A program made the translations under genes and the position numbers. The notes beneath the pieces were generated by a model. The model saw only the letters and a list, made by a program, of their open reading frames with translations. It was not told where the DNA came from and did not search any database. Source: Candidatus Omnitrophota bacterium (GTDB taxonomy: Bacteria > Omnitrophota > Gorgyraeia > Gorgyraeales > Gorgyraeaceae). Taken from it: a stretch of 64,000 nucleotides of DNA. Of the stretch, positions 21,283-29,323 are shown piece by piece. The number at the start of each line of letters is the position of its first letter. Positions within the stretch are counted from its first letter, which is position 1. Location: the NCBI GenBank assembly GCA_003485765.1, contig DNHS01000035.1, positions 127,745-191,744 on the forward strand, in the 5' to 3' direction.

Positions 21283-22251
21283 ATGGATTACGAAAAAGGC
21301 GGAAGGCAGAAAGAATACTATAGCGAGTTGGAAGTAATGCTAAGAAATTGCCCTTTGTGCGGGAGCAAGAATTATATCAATATATGTACAGAAAGGGGCA
21401 ATGTAGGTATAGTGAAATGTAAAGAGTGCAGTTTAATATATGTAAATCCAATGGTTAAAGAGCCTGAAAAGAATTACTGGGGAGATGAGAAGAAATATTT
21501 TGAAGAAGCGAGATTGATATTTGAAGGCAAGGCAAAAAGTCACAGGGATGTGAATTATTTGGAGGATTTAAAAGTTATAGAAAGCATAAAACCAAAAGGA
21601 AATTTCTTGGATATAGGAACCAATATGGGATTTTTCCTTAGGCATACACGTGGGAAAAAGTGGAATGTTTGTGGTGTAGATCCTTCGCCTTCACTTTCTG
21701 AAATGGCCAGGAAGTATTTTGAGCTGAATGTAAAAACTTGCTATCTAAATGAAGCAGGATTTGAAGATGAATATTTTGACGTGGTTACAATGACAGATGT
21801 TTTTGAGCATATACCGGAACTAAAGAAGTTATTGGCAGATATTAAAAAAGTGATTAAAAAAGATGGGATATTGTTTATCAAGGTTCCAAATGGGAAATAT
21901 AATATGCTGAAATTATGGCTGGCGAAGGCGGCTGGAAAAGTAAAAGATTATGATATATTTGATTCTTATGAGCATGTAACGCATTTTACCCATAAGACAT
22001 TAAAAAGAATACTGGCAGAATGCGGATTTAAAGTAACTAAATCGTACATTGGTAAACCCATACAACTCCCAGTTTGGCATAAATATGTAGGCCACTATTA
22101 TCAGTATCCAAGCCCATGGTTTCTGGATTTGAAAAATTATGCGATGAGGAGTTTATTTTACTGGATTTCTAAGGTTGAGAGAGTTTTAAGGTTTGGGAAT
22201 ATAGGGTATTTTGCGCCGAATATTATTGTGATTGCTCAAAGAAATGTTTAA
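21283..22251 (+). CDS. Class I SAM methyltransferase with N-terminal Zn-ribbon
   Basis: CPLC..CKEC, FLDIGTNMG, DVFEHI, KVPN. Confidence 0.85.
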   Translation: MDYEKGGRQKEYYSELEVMLRNCPLCGSKNYINICTERGNVGIVKCKECSLIYVNPMVKEPEKNYWGDEKKYFEEARLIFEGKAKSHRDVNYLEDLKVIESIKPKGNFLDIGTNMGFFLRHTRGKKWNVCGVDPSPSLSEMARKYFELNVKTCYLNEAGFEDEYFDVVTMTDVFEHIPELKKLLADIKKVIKKDGILFIKVPNGKYNMLKLWLAKAAGKVKDYDIFDSYEHVTHFTHKTLKRILAECGFKVTKSYIGKPIQLPVWHKYVGHYYQYPSPWFLDLKNYAMRSLFYWISKVERVLRFGNIGYFAPNIIVIAQRNV

Positions 22252-22298
22252 ACGGACTTTGCTTTATATTTCATAGCCTATAAGTTGAAAGCTAGAAT

Positions 22299-23015
22299 AT
22301 GGAAAAAAGTTTATCTATTATCTTGCCGGCGTATAATGAGGCAGAAAATATAAAAAAAGCAATATATGACTGCTTTAATTTTTTAGATGTTTTAAGTTAT
22401 AGGCATGAGATTATAGTTATTGATGACGGAAGTACGGATAACACAGGAAAGATTTTAGTTGATATAGCTGAAAAGCACAGTAATTTACGTGTCATTACGC
22501 ATGCTAAAAATGAAGGATATGGAATAGCCTTAAGAGATGGTTTTAAAGCTGCGCAATCCGAATTGGTATTTTTTACAGATTCAGACAGGCAATTTGCTAT
22601 AGAAAGTTTATCAGAAATGCTGCCCCTAATAGAGATGGCTGATATAGTAATAGGATATCGGCTTGACCGAAAAGACCATTTTATTCGTAAATTTTTATCT
22701 TGCGGATACAATACGCTGGTAAGTTTACTTTTTGATTTAAATGTAAAAGATGTAGATTGCGCGTTTAAGCTTTTTAGAAGAGAGGTTTTTGATAAGATTA
22801 CAATAGAATCGAAGCATTTTTTTATTAATACCGAGATATTGGCGAAAGCCAGGCTTTATAGTTTTAATATTGCTGAAATAGGAATTACTCACTATCCTAG
22901 AATTAACGGGATGTCCAAAGTATCGTTAAAGTATGTTCCATTGACTTTAAGAGAGTTGTTTAGAATCAAAAAAAGCATAGATAGAATTAAAAATGAGGAG
23001 TTTGTTCTAAAGTGA
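22299..23015 (+). CDS. GT2 glycosyltransferase (Dol-P-Man synthase-like)
   Basis: ILPAYNE, DDGSTD, TDSDRQF, DVDCAFKL. Confidence 0.9.
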   Translation: MEKSLSIILPAYNEAENIKKAIYDCFNFLDVLSYRHEIIVIDDGSTDNTGKILVDIAEKHSNLRVITHAKNEGYGIALRDGFKAAQSELVFFTDSDRQFAIESLSEMLPLIEMADIVIGYRLDRKDHFIRKFLSCGYNTLVSLLFDLNVKDVDCAFKLFRREVFDKITIESKHFFINTEILAKARLYSFNIAEIGITHYPRINGMSKVSLKYVPLTLRELFRIKKSIDRIKNEEFVLK

Positions 23016-23752
23016 AAATAGAAGAACAATTTAAATATTCGCAATTAGGAGATTCTTATTGGTGGCTTGCCGGTAAATATCTATTAATTACAAAGCTTCT
23101 TAAGAAAGTTTTGGATAAGCAGTACAAAAAGGGTAGAAAAAGTTTAAAAATATTAGATATTGGTTGTGGCCCAGGAAATCTATCTAACAATTTATCAAAC
23201 ATTGGGGAAGTGTTTGGTATTGATGTTTCGCTGCCCACTTTAAAGCTGTGCCAAAAAAAGTACTCAAATTTAATTAATGGGAAAGCTGACGAGTTGCCTA
23301 TTCGCGAAGGTTCTTTTGATATTGTTATTCTTTTAGATGTGCTGGAACATATAGCTGATGATGCTAAAGTTATGAAAGAAACTTTTCGCATCTTGAAGCC
23401 AGGAGGAATTGTTTTAATAACAGCGCCTGCATGTAAAATATTATGGGGCAGCCACGATGAAATATATCAGCACTATAGAAGATACAGCTTGGATGAGATA
23501 AAAAAGGTGGTTAGAAGAGCTGGTTTTACAATAAAAAAACTAATAGCTTTTGAAGCTATTTTTTTTATACCTCTTTTATTATTTAGGAAAATTAAAAATG
23601 TTTTAAATTATTCCAAGAGAGATGATTTTATAAAAATTCCGAATTGGTTAAATTCTATTCTAACAGTTATTGTTTTGCTAGAAGGGCGAATTTCTTATAA
23701 TATTAATAATCCTTTAGGGGTTTCAATAATATGCATAGCAAAAAAAGAATAA
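23012..23752 (+). CDS. Class I SAM-dependent methyltransferase
   Basis: ILDIGCGPG, LDVLEH, WGSHD..HYRRY. Confidence 0.85.
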   Translation: MKIEEQFKYSQLGDSYWWLAGKYLLITKLLKKVLDKQYKKGRKSLKILDIGCGPGNLSNNLSNIGEVFGIDVSLPTLKLCQKKYSNLINGKADELPIREGSFDIVILLDVLEHIADDAKVMKETFRILKPGGIVLITAPACKILWGSHDEIYQHYRRYSLDEIKKVVRRAGFTIKKLIAFEAIFFIPLLLFRKIKNVLNYSKRDDFIKIPNWLNSILTVIVLLEGRISYNINNPLGVSIICIAKKE

Positions 23753-24963
23753 TAGTAGCTGTTTTTATATCCGCATTTATATTGAGAATAAGCTGGATGC
23801 TTATTACAAGTTCTCATGTCCACCCACGGATATGGGAATATGAAAATATAGCGATAAATCTTTTAAATGGCCATGGATTTACATACTTTCATTTAAATAC
23901 AGTTTATCGTTCCTTTGTGCAGCCCTTGTATCCATTTTTTTGCACTGTTATATATTTGTTCACAAATCATAGTTATTTAATTTTGCAATTGATCCAAATT
24001 ATCATTTCTTCATTCATATGTGTTATTATCTTTGAAATAGCAGGCATTATTTTTGATAGGCGCATAGCTGTATTTTCAGCAATATTGGCAGTTTTCCATC
24101 CTGGTATGATTGTTTATGCTGTAAAGTTACACCCTTTGGTAATAGATACTTTTCTTATATCATTAGTTGCCTTGACATTTTTACATCTCAGGTCAAATTT
24201 TTCTGTACGGAATCAAATCATTGCCGGCATTATAAGCGGATTGTGCATTCTTACTCGTTCTACTATAGGATTGTTTTTGCTTTTAGCTGTAATTTGGCTT
24301 CTTTATAGGAATGGCTATCCTAAGAAGAAGATTATTTTAGGAGGTTTTATTATTTTATTCGCAAGTTTTCTTATTATTTTACCATGGATGATAAGAAATT
24401 ATATGGTTCATAGACAGGTTGTTTTTATGCAAACTACTACTGGAGAAGTTTTTTGGAGGGGCAATAATACTAATGCATCAGGCTCTGCTTACAAGATTGA
24501 CGGCAGGACAGTTTTAGGATCTTCTTCTCCTGAATTTTTAAAAAAACTTTATAGCTTAGATGAAATGGGGCAAAATAAATTATTCAGAGAAGAAGCATTT
24601 GGTTTCATGAAAGGACATCCTTTTGAAGTGATGTCTTTATTTATAAAAAAGAACTACTATTTTTGGTGGTTTTCTCCGCAATCTGGCATGGAATATCCAA
24701 AGCTTTATCTATTAATTTATAAGGCTTTGTATTCTGTTGTTATTTTATTTGGAATTTTAGGTATTATTTTTGCTTTGAGTTCCAGGATAAGCAATATTAG
24801 AGAAAACACTTTATTAATACTGCTTCTTTTTTTATCTATTTCTTTTGCTCAAAGTCTTTTTTATGTAGAAGGAAGGCACAGATGGGCAATTGAACCAATG
24901 CTCCTAATTTTTACTGCAAATGGAATAGTTAATATAAAAAATATGGTAAAAGGTAAAATTTGA
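23731..24963 (+). CDS. GT-C membrane glycosyltransferase (ArnT/PMT-like)
   Basis: Polytopic; QPLYPFF, PWMIRNY, WRGNN, RHRWAIEP; paralogue of 2923-4257. Confidence 0.75.
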   Translation: MHSKKRIIVAVFISAFILRISWMLITSSHVHPRIWEYENIAINLLNGHGFTYFHLNTVYRSFVQPLYPFFCTVIYLFTNHSYLILQLIQIIISSFICVIIFEIAGIIFDRRIAVFSAILAVFHPGMIVYAVKLHPLVIDTFLISLVALTFLHLRSNFSVRNQIIAGIISGLCILTRSTIGLFLLLAVIWLLYRNGYPKKKIILGGFIILFASFLIILPWMIRNYMVHRQVVFMQTTTGEVFWRGNNTNASGSAYKIDGRTVLGSSSPEFLKKLYSLDEMGQNKLFREEAFGFMKGHPFEVMSLFIKKNYYFWWFSPQSGMEYPKLYLLIYKALYSVVILFGILGIIFALSSRISNIRENTLLILLLFLSISFAQSLFYVEGRHRWAIEPMLLIFTANGIVNIKNMVKGKI

Positions 24964-24965
24964 AT

Positions 24966-25049
24966 ATGTACGGGATATGTGGGAAGATTAGTTCAAATGT
25001 AGCGGTTAACGAGAAACTCATCAGTAAGATGTGCTGGACGCATACATAA
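24966..25049 (+). pseudogene. Decayed 5' fragment of an asnB-like gene
   Basis: Translates MYGICGKISSNVAVNEKLISKMCWTHT*, versus MCGICGKISINGNVTEELIRKMCGVLTH at 29324; catalytic Cys changed to Tyr. Confidence 0.85.
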
Positions 25050-25185
25050 GTATATCGCATAGCGTAAAAAAGGAGGCCTTTCATGTCAAAGGGCGGATGG
25101 ATAGTAAAGTTTAATAATGTTGAGGTGGAAAGGTGTTATGCGGTTTCGTAGAGGAGGATTAATATAGGCGCTCCGGCAGTATATT

Positions 25186-26340
25186 ATGAATAAAAACATC
25201 AGACTTTCGATAATTTTTATAGTTTTTGCCATAGTTTCCCTGAATGTCTTTCCCGCGTATCCCTCGGATGATAGTTCCCCGGAGAAAATCACTGATATAT
25301 CAGACCGTAAATATGAACAAGTCCTGATCGATTTGCTGGATAACGCTAAAGAATCGATAGTTATTTCCATGTATGGTATAAGCCTTGGCTTCGGAGAAAA
25401 AAGTCCGGTAATGCTCCTATTAAATGACTTGTTAGAGGCTAGGAAACGGGGAGTCAGTGTTACAATGTATCTTAATACCCGCTTTAGGGACACCGATAAA
25501 TCTGAAGGGTCTTTTATTGAAAGCCCTGTGTTTAAGGAGCTGAAAGACGCAGGGTGTGATATTTACCTTATACCGTCCAGCCGTACGCTTCATGATAAAC
25601 TCATAATAGTTGATAGTAGATATGTGGTAATAGGCAGTACAAACTGGTCTAATTCTGCTTTGCGGAGGAATTTCGAATCCAATACCCTTATTGATTCGCC
25701 TCGCCACGCCGGTGAAAAACTCAAGCGGCTTGAAGATGTGTTGAAGTTTGTAAAGTCAAATACGGAAATATCCGGCATTCCTGATTATTTGGAAGATCTG
25801 CCTGAGGAGATAGCTATCTCTGAAGAGCTCCTGGTAAATAAGAAATACTTTTCCCGCATGGTTACAGGCCAGGATGAACGCGTTTTTGATCTATATCTCT
25901 TACTTTTAGGCTATAGCCAATTAACGAGTGAGAGTGAATTTTTCATAAACATGGAAGATATGGCATTGAGTTTGGGACTGCCTAGCGCATGGAGTTATAC
26001 TGCTTTAAGGAGGCAGGTGATAAGAAGCCTGAAGAGGCTCCGGAACCCGTATGATCTTATAAGCGTAGACTTTCTGCATGGTAAAGACGTCTTCGTAAAG
26101 CTTACAGATATCCCGGGTGATTCTTTTGTTATACCATCAGAGTCTATTATGAAGAGGCAAGGCGCTGATTTAACCTTGCGCCTGAAATTTCTTCTTATGA
26201 TAGAGGCTCTCTTCAAAAGCAGAGGGGAAGATATTTCTTCTATAGCAAAGTCTGATCTAGCTAAGCGTTTTAATGTAAATGAATCCACCATCCAGGAAGC
26301 CTTTAATGACTTAAAAAAAATTGAAAGAAACCGCCCTTGA
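25186..26340 (+). CDS. PLD-family (single HKD, Nuc-like) nuclease with N-terminal signal peptide and C-terminal HTH-like region
   Basis: Hydrophobic leader, LHDKLIIVD..GSTNWS..NFE; C-terminus KSDLAKRFNVNESTIQEAFNDL is HTH-like. Confidence 0.75.
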   Translation: MNKNIRLSIIFIVFAIVSLNVFPAYPSDDSSPEKITDISDRKYEQVLIDLLDNAKESIVISMYGISLGFGEKSPVMLLLNDLLEARKRGVSVTMYLNTRFRDTDKSEGSFIESPVFKELKDAGCDIYLIPSSRTLHDKLIIVDSRYVVIGSTNWSNSALRRNFESNTLIDSPRHAGEKLKRLEDVLKFVKSNTEISGIPDYLEDLPEEIAISEELLVNKKYFSRMVTGQDERVFDLYLLLLGYSQLTSESEFFINMEDMALSLGLPSAWSYTALRRQVIRSLKRLRNPYDLISVDFLHGKDVFVKLTDIPGDSFVIPSESIMKRQGADLTLRLKFLLMIEALFKSRGEDISSIAKSDLAKRFNVNESTIQEAFNDLKKIERNRP

Positions 26341-26356
26341 GATGTGTCTATATATA
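26321..26356 (+). repeat. Repeat family L, copy 1 (TTGAAAGAA..AGATGTGTCT.TAT)
   Basis: Similar to 31932-31966, 34106-34140 and 36816-36849. Confidence 0.75.
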
Positions 26357-26377
26357 AAGCCTATTGCCTTTTTGCGA

Positions 26378-26444
26378 CATGTCTAATAGACACATTCCGC
26401 CAGTGCCTATTGACTTTTAAGTTAGAAGCGGGTAGATTTATATA
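26378..26444 (+). repeat. Repeat family R, copy 1 (67 bp; contains a sigma70-like TTGACT-N17-TAGATT)
   Basis: 64/67 identical to 31236-31302. Confidence 0.9.
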
Positions 26445-26481
26445 GAGTTGGCTAAAGGGTGGGGGCAAATAGCCGCCGCCC

Positions 26482-26524
26482 TTGCAATATTACCATTCTT
26501 ATGTTATACTCATTATAGTGAGTA
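26482..26524 (+). promoter_or_regulatory. Putative sigma70 promoter with overlapping operator for MNT-HEPN
   Basis: TTGCAA-N17-TATACT; TACTCA-N6-TGAGTA inverted repeat. Confidence 0.6.
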
Positions 26525-26562
26525 ATAGTTCAATAAAATGAGTATTGGGGAGGGAAGGAGTT

Positions 26563-27129
26563 ATGCTTTCTAGTTATGTTATCTCTACTAATTCACAAAG
26601 CGCATTAAGCTTTCTTCTCGCGCATCCTGACAAATCACATTACGAAAGAGAAATTGCCAGAGGCGCTAAGATTAGTTATGGCTCAGCTAATAATATATTA
26701 AATCGGTTATACAAAGAAAACCTGGTCAAGAGAAAAATTGAAGGCAGGATGTGTTACTATTCTATTGATATGGCTAATCCATATATCAAAGAATTTAAGA
26801 TTCTAAATAATCTCCTTCTTATTGAATCTCTAATAGAACTTCTCAAGCCATATGCCCGCAAGATAATTCTTTACGGAAGCTGGGCTCAAGGAACCGATAT
26901 CGAAAATAGCGATATAGACTTGTTTATTATTACCTCAGATGAAGATAAAGTCAGATCTATTGTTGACAAATATTCTTATACTAACAAAGCAGCCAATAGA
27001 AAAATACAGGCTATTATCAATACCCCTGCTGATCTCCTGAACACAGATGAGAAAGAGGCTGTTTTTATGGAAGAAGTAAAACAAGGAAAAATCTTATGGG
27101 AGAGAGAAATTAATGAACATAACCTTTAA
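26563..27129 (+). CDS. wHTH + minimal nucleotidyltransferase (MNT antitoxin)
   Basis: HYEREIARGAKIS (HTH), LYGSWAQG..SDIDL; RBS gaaggag before ATG 26563. Confidence 0.85.
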   Translation: MLSSYVISTNSQSALSFLLAHPDKSHYEREIARGAKISYGSANNILNRLYKENLVKRKIEGRMCYYSIDMANPYIKEFKILNNLLLIESLIELLKPYARKIILYGSWAQGTDIENSDIDLFIITSDEDKVRSIVDKYSYTNKAANRKIQAIINTPADLLNTDEKEAVFMEEVKQGKILWEREINEHNL

Positions 27130-27544
27130 AGATTGCATAGCAAGTAAGAAAATATTCCGCTTTCCTCCGGCAAAGCACCTTGTAGATCTCGAAATCAAAG
27201 ATTCTGAGGATGATCTGCAATCAGCCGAGGAAGAATTTTCTAAAGCAGGATATAAATGGGCTACGATTAAAGGCTACTATTCAATGTTCCATGCAGCGCG
27301 AGCTCTCCTGTACTCTCGGGGATACAGAGAAAGAGGCCATTATTGTCTTTACCTGGCAATAAAAGAATTCTTCGTTAAAGAAGAGAAGCTAAATCTTCAA
27401 TTGGCAGAAGATTTTAACAATTCTATGATTCTGCGGGAAGAAGCGGATTACAAAAGAAAATTTTCTCAGAAAGGCGCTTCTGGAATAATTGAAAGCGCAA
27501 AAAAATTCCTTAAGGCGGCAAAAGAACTACTAAATCCCCTTTGA
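27113..27544 (+). CDS. HEPN-domain toxin
   Basis: YYSMFHAARALL..H..LREEADY; overlaps the MNT gene. Confidence 0.85.
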   Translation: MNITFKDCIASKKIFRFPPAKHLVDLEIKDSEDDLQSAEEEFSKAGYKWATIKGYYSMFHAARALLYSRGYRERGHYCLYLAIKEFFVKEEKLNLQLAEDFNNSMILREEADYKRKFSQKGASGIIESAKKFLKAAKELLNPL

Positions 27545-27585
27545 GCGCCACAAAAGTTCAGTATTTGAATCACAATGATGTTGAA

Positions 27586-28293
27586 ATGATCAAATTTGGC
27601 ATTAGACAGTCATTTGATAATATAGAACAGATAGAAGAGAGATATTCAAAATTGGATGCGCCTGTAGAGTTGGCTCTGCCTTACTACTGGGATATATATG
27701 AGCCTGTTAGAGGTCGTTTAACGGAAGTAGTTGAAAAGATAAGATCGTACGGGACAAAAGTTTTAAGTGTGCATGCGGTTCAGGCTCCTATTACGGATGA
27801 ACGATTTAAGATATGGGGAAATGAAATAGCTGATTTCGCTAGGACGCTCGGGGCGACGAATATTACTTTGCACCCTAACAATGTTAATAAGGATAAAGCT
27901 GTCCAAGACGAAGCGCTCAAGAATTTGGAATATTTTTCCGGGCTATATAAAAACGATGTGGTCTTTTGTATTGAAACTTTTGAAGGTAAGCGAAGAGTTT
28001 TTACTCCCGATGAAATAGCATCATTTAACTTGCCGATGACATTGGATACATCACATATACGAGAGGACGAAAAGGTCTGGAGCTTGATTAAGGGATATAA
28101 AGAGCGCATCTTCAATGTGCATCTTTCAGCAAGAGAAGGCGCGAGACAACATCTGCCTATTGACGATTTTTGCAAAGAGGTGGTGCGCTATCTGATAGAT
28201 AACAAATGGACCGGGAATGTAATATTGGAGTATCTACCAGAATTTCACGGGCATCTGATAAGCGATCTAGAATTGCTGAAAGCAATGCAGTAG
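27586..28293 (+). CDS. Xylose-isomerase/AP-endonuclease-2-like TIM barrel protein
   Basis: SVHA, TLHP, CIETF, LDTSH, VHLS..HLP, ILEY metal ligands; start uncertain (27541 or 27586). Confidence 0.75.
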   Translation: MIKFGIRQSFDNIEQIEERYSKLDAPVELALPYYWDIYEPVRGRLTEVVEKIRSYGTKVLSVHAVQAPITDERFKIWGNEIADFARTLGATNITLHPNNVNKDKAVQDEALKNLEYFSGLYKNDVVFCIETFEGKRRVFTPDEIASFNLPMTLDTSHIREDEKVWSLIKGYKERIFNVHLSAREGARQHLPIDDFCKEVVRYLIDNKWTGNVILEYLPEFHGHLISDLELLKAMQ

Positions 28294-28462
28294 GTCTTAA
28301 TAGAGGATTTCATGAGAGAGGCCGTAGAGTTTTTGAAGAACTTAGTTTTTGGCAAGGAATATCTTAAGGCGACTATAAAAGAATACTAGCATCGGGGACG
28401 TCTTACTGCGCTGTAACATTTTACCATATAATAAGTTACGAGCCTTATGGTTCTAAAATATA

Positions 28463-28531
28463 AGGCATTTCTATGTGATGTATTCGAATCGTGACGCGCT
28501 GCGTCACGAATTAAGCTGGACGCACTATAGG
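28463..28531 (+). pseudogene. Remnant of a DUF1016/YhcG-family gene
   Basis: RHFYVMYSNRDALRHELSWTHYR matches the FY..LSWTHY signature; rest of gene absent. Confidence 0.7.
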
Positions 28532-28552
28532 AAAAATTACTCATCAAGATAT

Positions 28553-28574
28553 AGCCCAGGTTTAAACCTGGGCT
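28553..28574. repeat. Perfect 22-bp palindrome AGCCCAGGTTTAAACCTGGGCT (REP-like)
   Basis: Read directly from the sequence. Confidence 0.75.
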
Positions 28575-28595
28575 GCTGCGAGCTGAACTGTTACC

Positions 28596-28624
28596 TTGAC
28601 AGATATCCAAAAATAGGATATACT
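28596..28624 (+). promoter_or_regulatory. sigma70 promoter with operator for the Phd-RelE pair
   Basis: TTGACA-N17-TATACT, with an ATATCC-N7-GGATAT inverted repeat in the spacer. Confidence 0.75.
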
Positions 28625-28666
28625 TTTAATGTAGACACAAAGGTAACTACAAAGGAGGTGAGTGTG

Positions 28667-28957
28667 ATGAGCATTGCTGCTGATTTATTAAAAGCTAATC
28701 ATGTTGGCATCAGGGATATTAAAGAACATCTATCTACACGGCTGCTTAAAGATATTTTGGTAATAACTGATAGGGGCACGCCTGTAAGTGTAAATCTGCC
28801 TTATTCTGATGTATTAGAATTGATAGATATTATTGATGAGGCGGCGGATTTGGAAACTATGGCTACAGTTAGCGAAGGAAGATTGGCAATAAGGGAAGGC
28901 GCAAAAGGTATACTGGTTGCCGATCTTTTTAAAAGAATAAGGACGCAGCGTAAATGA
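28667..28957 (+). CDS. Phd/YefM-like antitoxin
   Basis: RBS aaggaggtg; VGIRDIKEHLS..LVITDRGTPV; ATGA overlap with the RelE gene. Confidence 0.7.
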   Translation: MSIAADLLKANHVGIRDIKEHLSTRLLKDILVITDRGTPVSVNLPYSDVLELIDIIDEAADLETMATVSEGRLAIREGAKGILVADLFKRIRTQRK

Positions 28958-29262
28958 AATACCAGGTTAGGTTCCCCGGTCATTCTATTGAGAAAAAATT
29001 TGAGAAATTTCTTTTAAAGATTCATCCGGTAAGCCTGCAAGAAGAAATTATGCAAGACCTGAGTAAGCTTGCCGATAACCCCCGGCCTTATGGTGAAAAG
29101 GCTTTTAAGAAACTCAAGCTGCCTATTCAATTTTATCAGTATGTTGCGCAATACAGAATAAGAATAGGCGACTATAGAATGCTTTATGATGTAGATGATG
29201 AGAAAAAGATTGTATGGATTTTAGCATTGAGAAGGCGTTCGGAAAAAACATACAGAACATAA
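28954..29262 (+). CDS. relE: RelE/ParE-family toxin
   Basis: LADNPRP..KKL..YRIRIGDYRMLYDVDD..RRR. Confidence 0.9.
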   Translation: MKYQVRFPGHSIEKKFEKFLLKIHPVSLQEEIMQDLSKLADNPRPYGEKAFKKLKLPIQFYQYVAQYRIRIGDYRMLYDVDDEKKIVWILALRRRSEKTYRT

Positions 29263-29290
29263 CCCACTAAACACATAGGATAGAGGCGAT

Positions 29291-29311
29291 TATTGACACA
29301 TTTGTGTAAAT
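29291..29311 (+). repeat. Repeat family P, copy 1 (TATTGACACATTTGTGTAAAT), orphan promoter/operator half upstream of asnB
   Basis: 21/21 identical to 34167-34187. Confidence 0.8.
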
Positions 29312-29323
29312 AAAGGGAGACGT

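Noticed and set aside
26340-26356. AGATGTGT motif as Tn5/Nextera mosaic-end contamination
   Set aside because: Only 8 bp match AGATGTGTATAAGAGACAG; copies share longer non-adapter flanks
28475-28666. N-terminal extension of the 160-aa ORF
   Set aside because: Chance read-through of a DUF1016 scar, a palindrome and a promoter; the RBS supports a start at 28667
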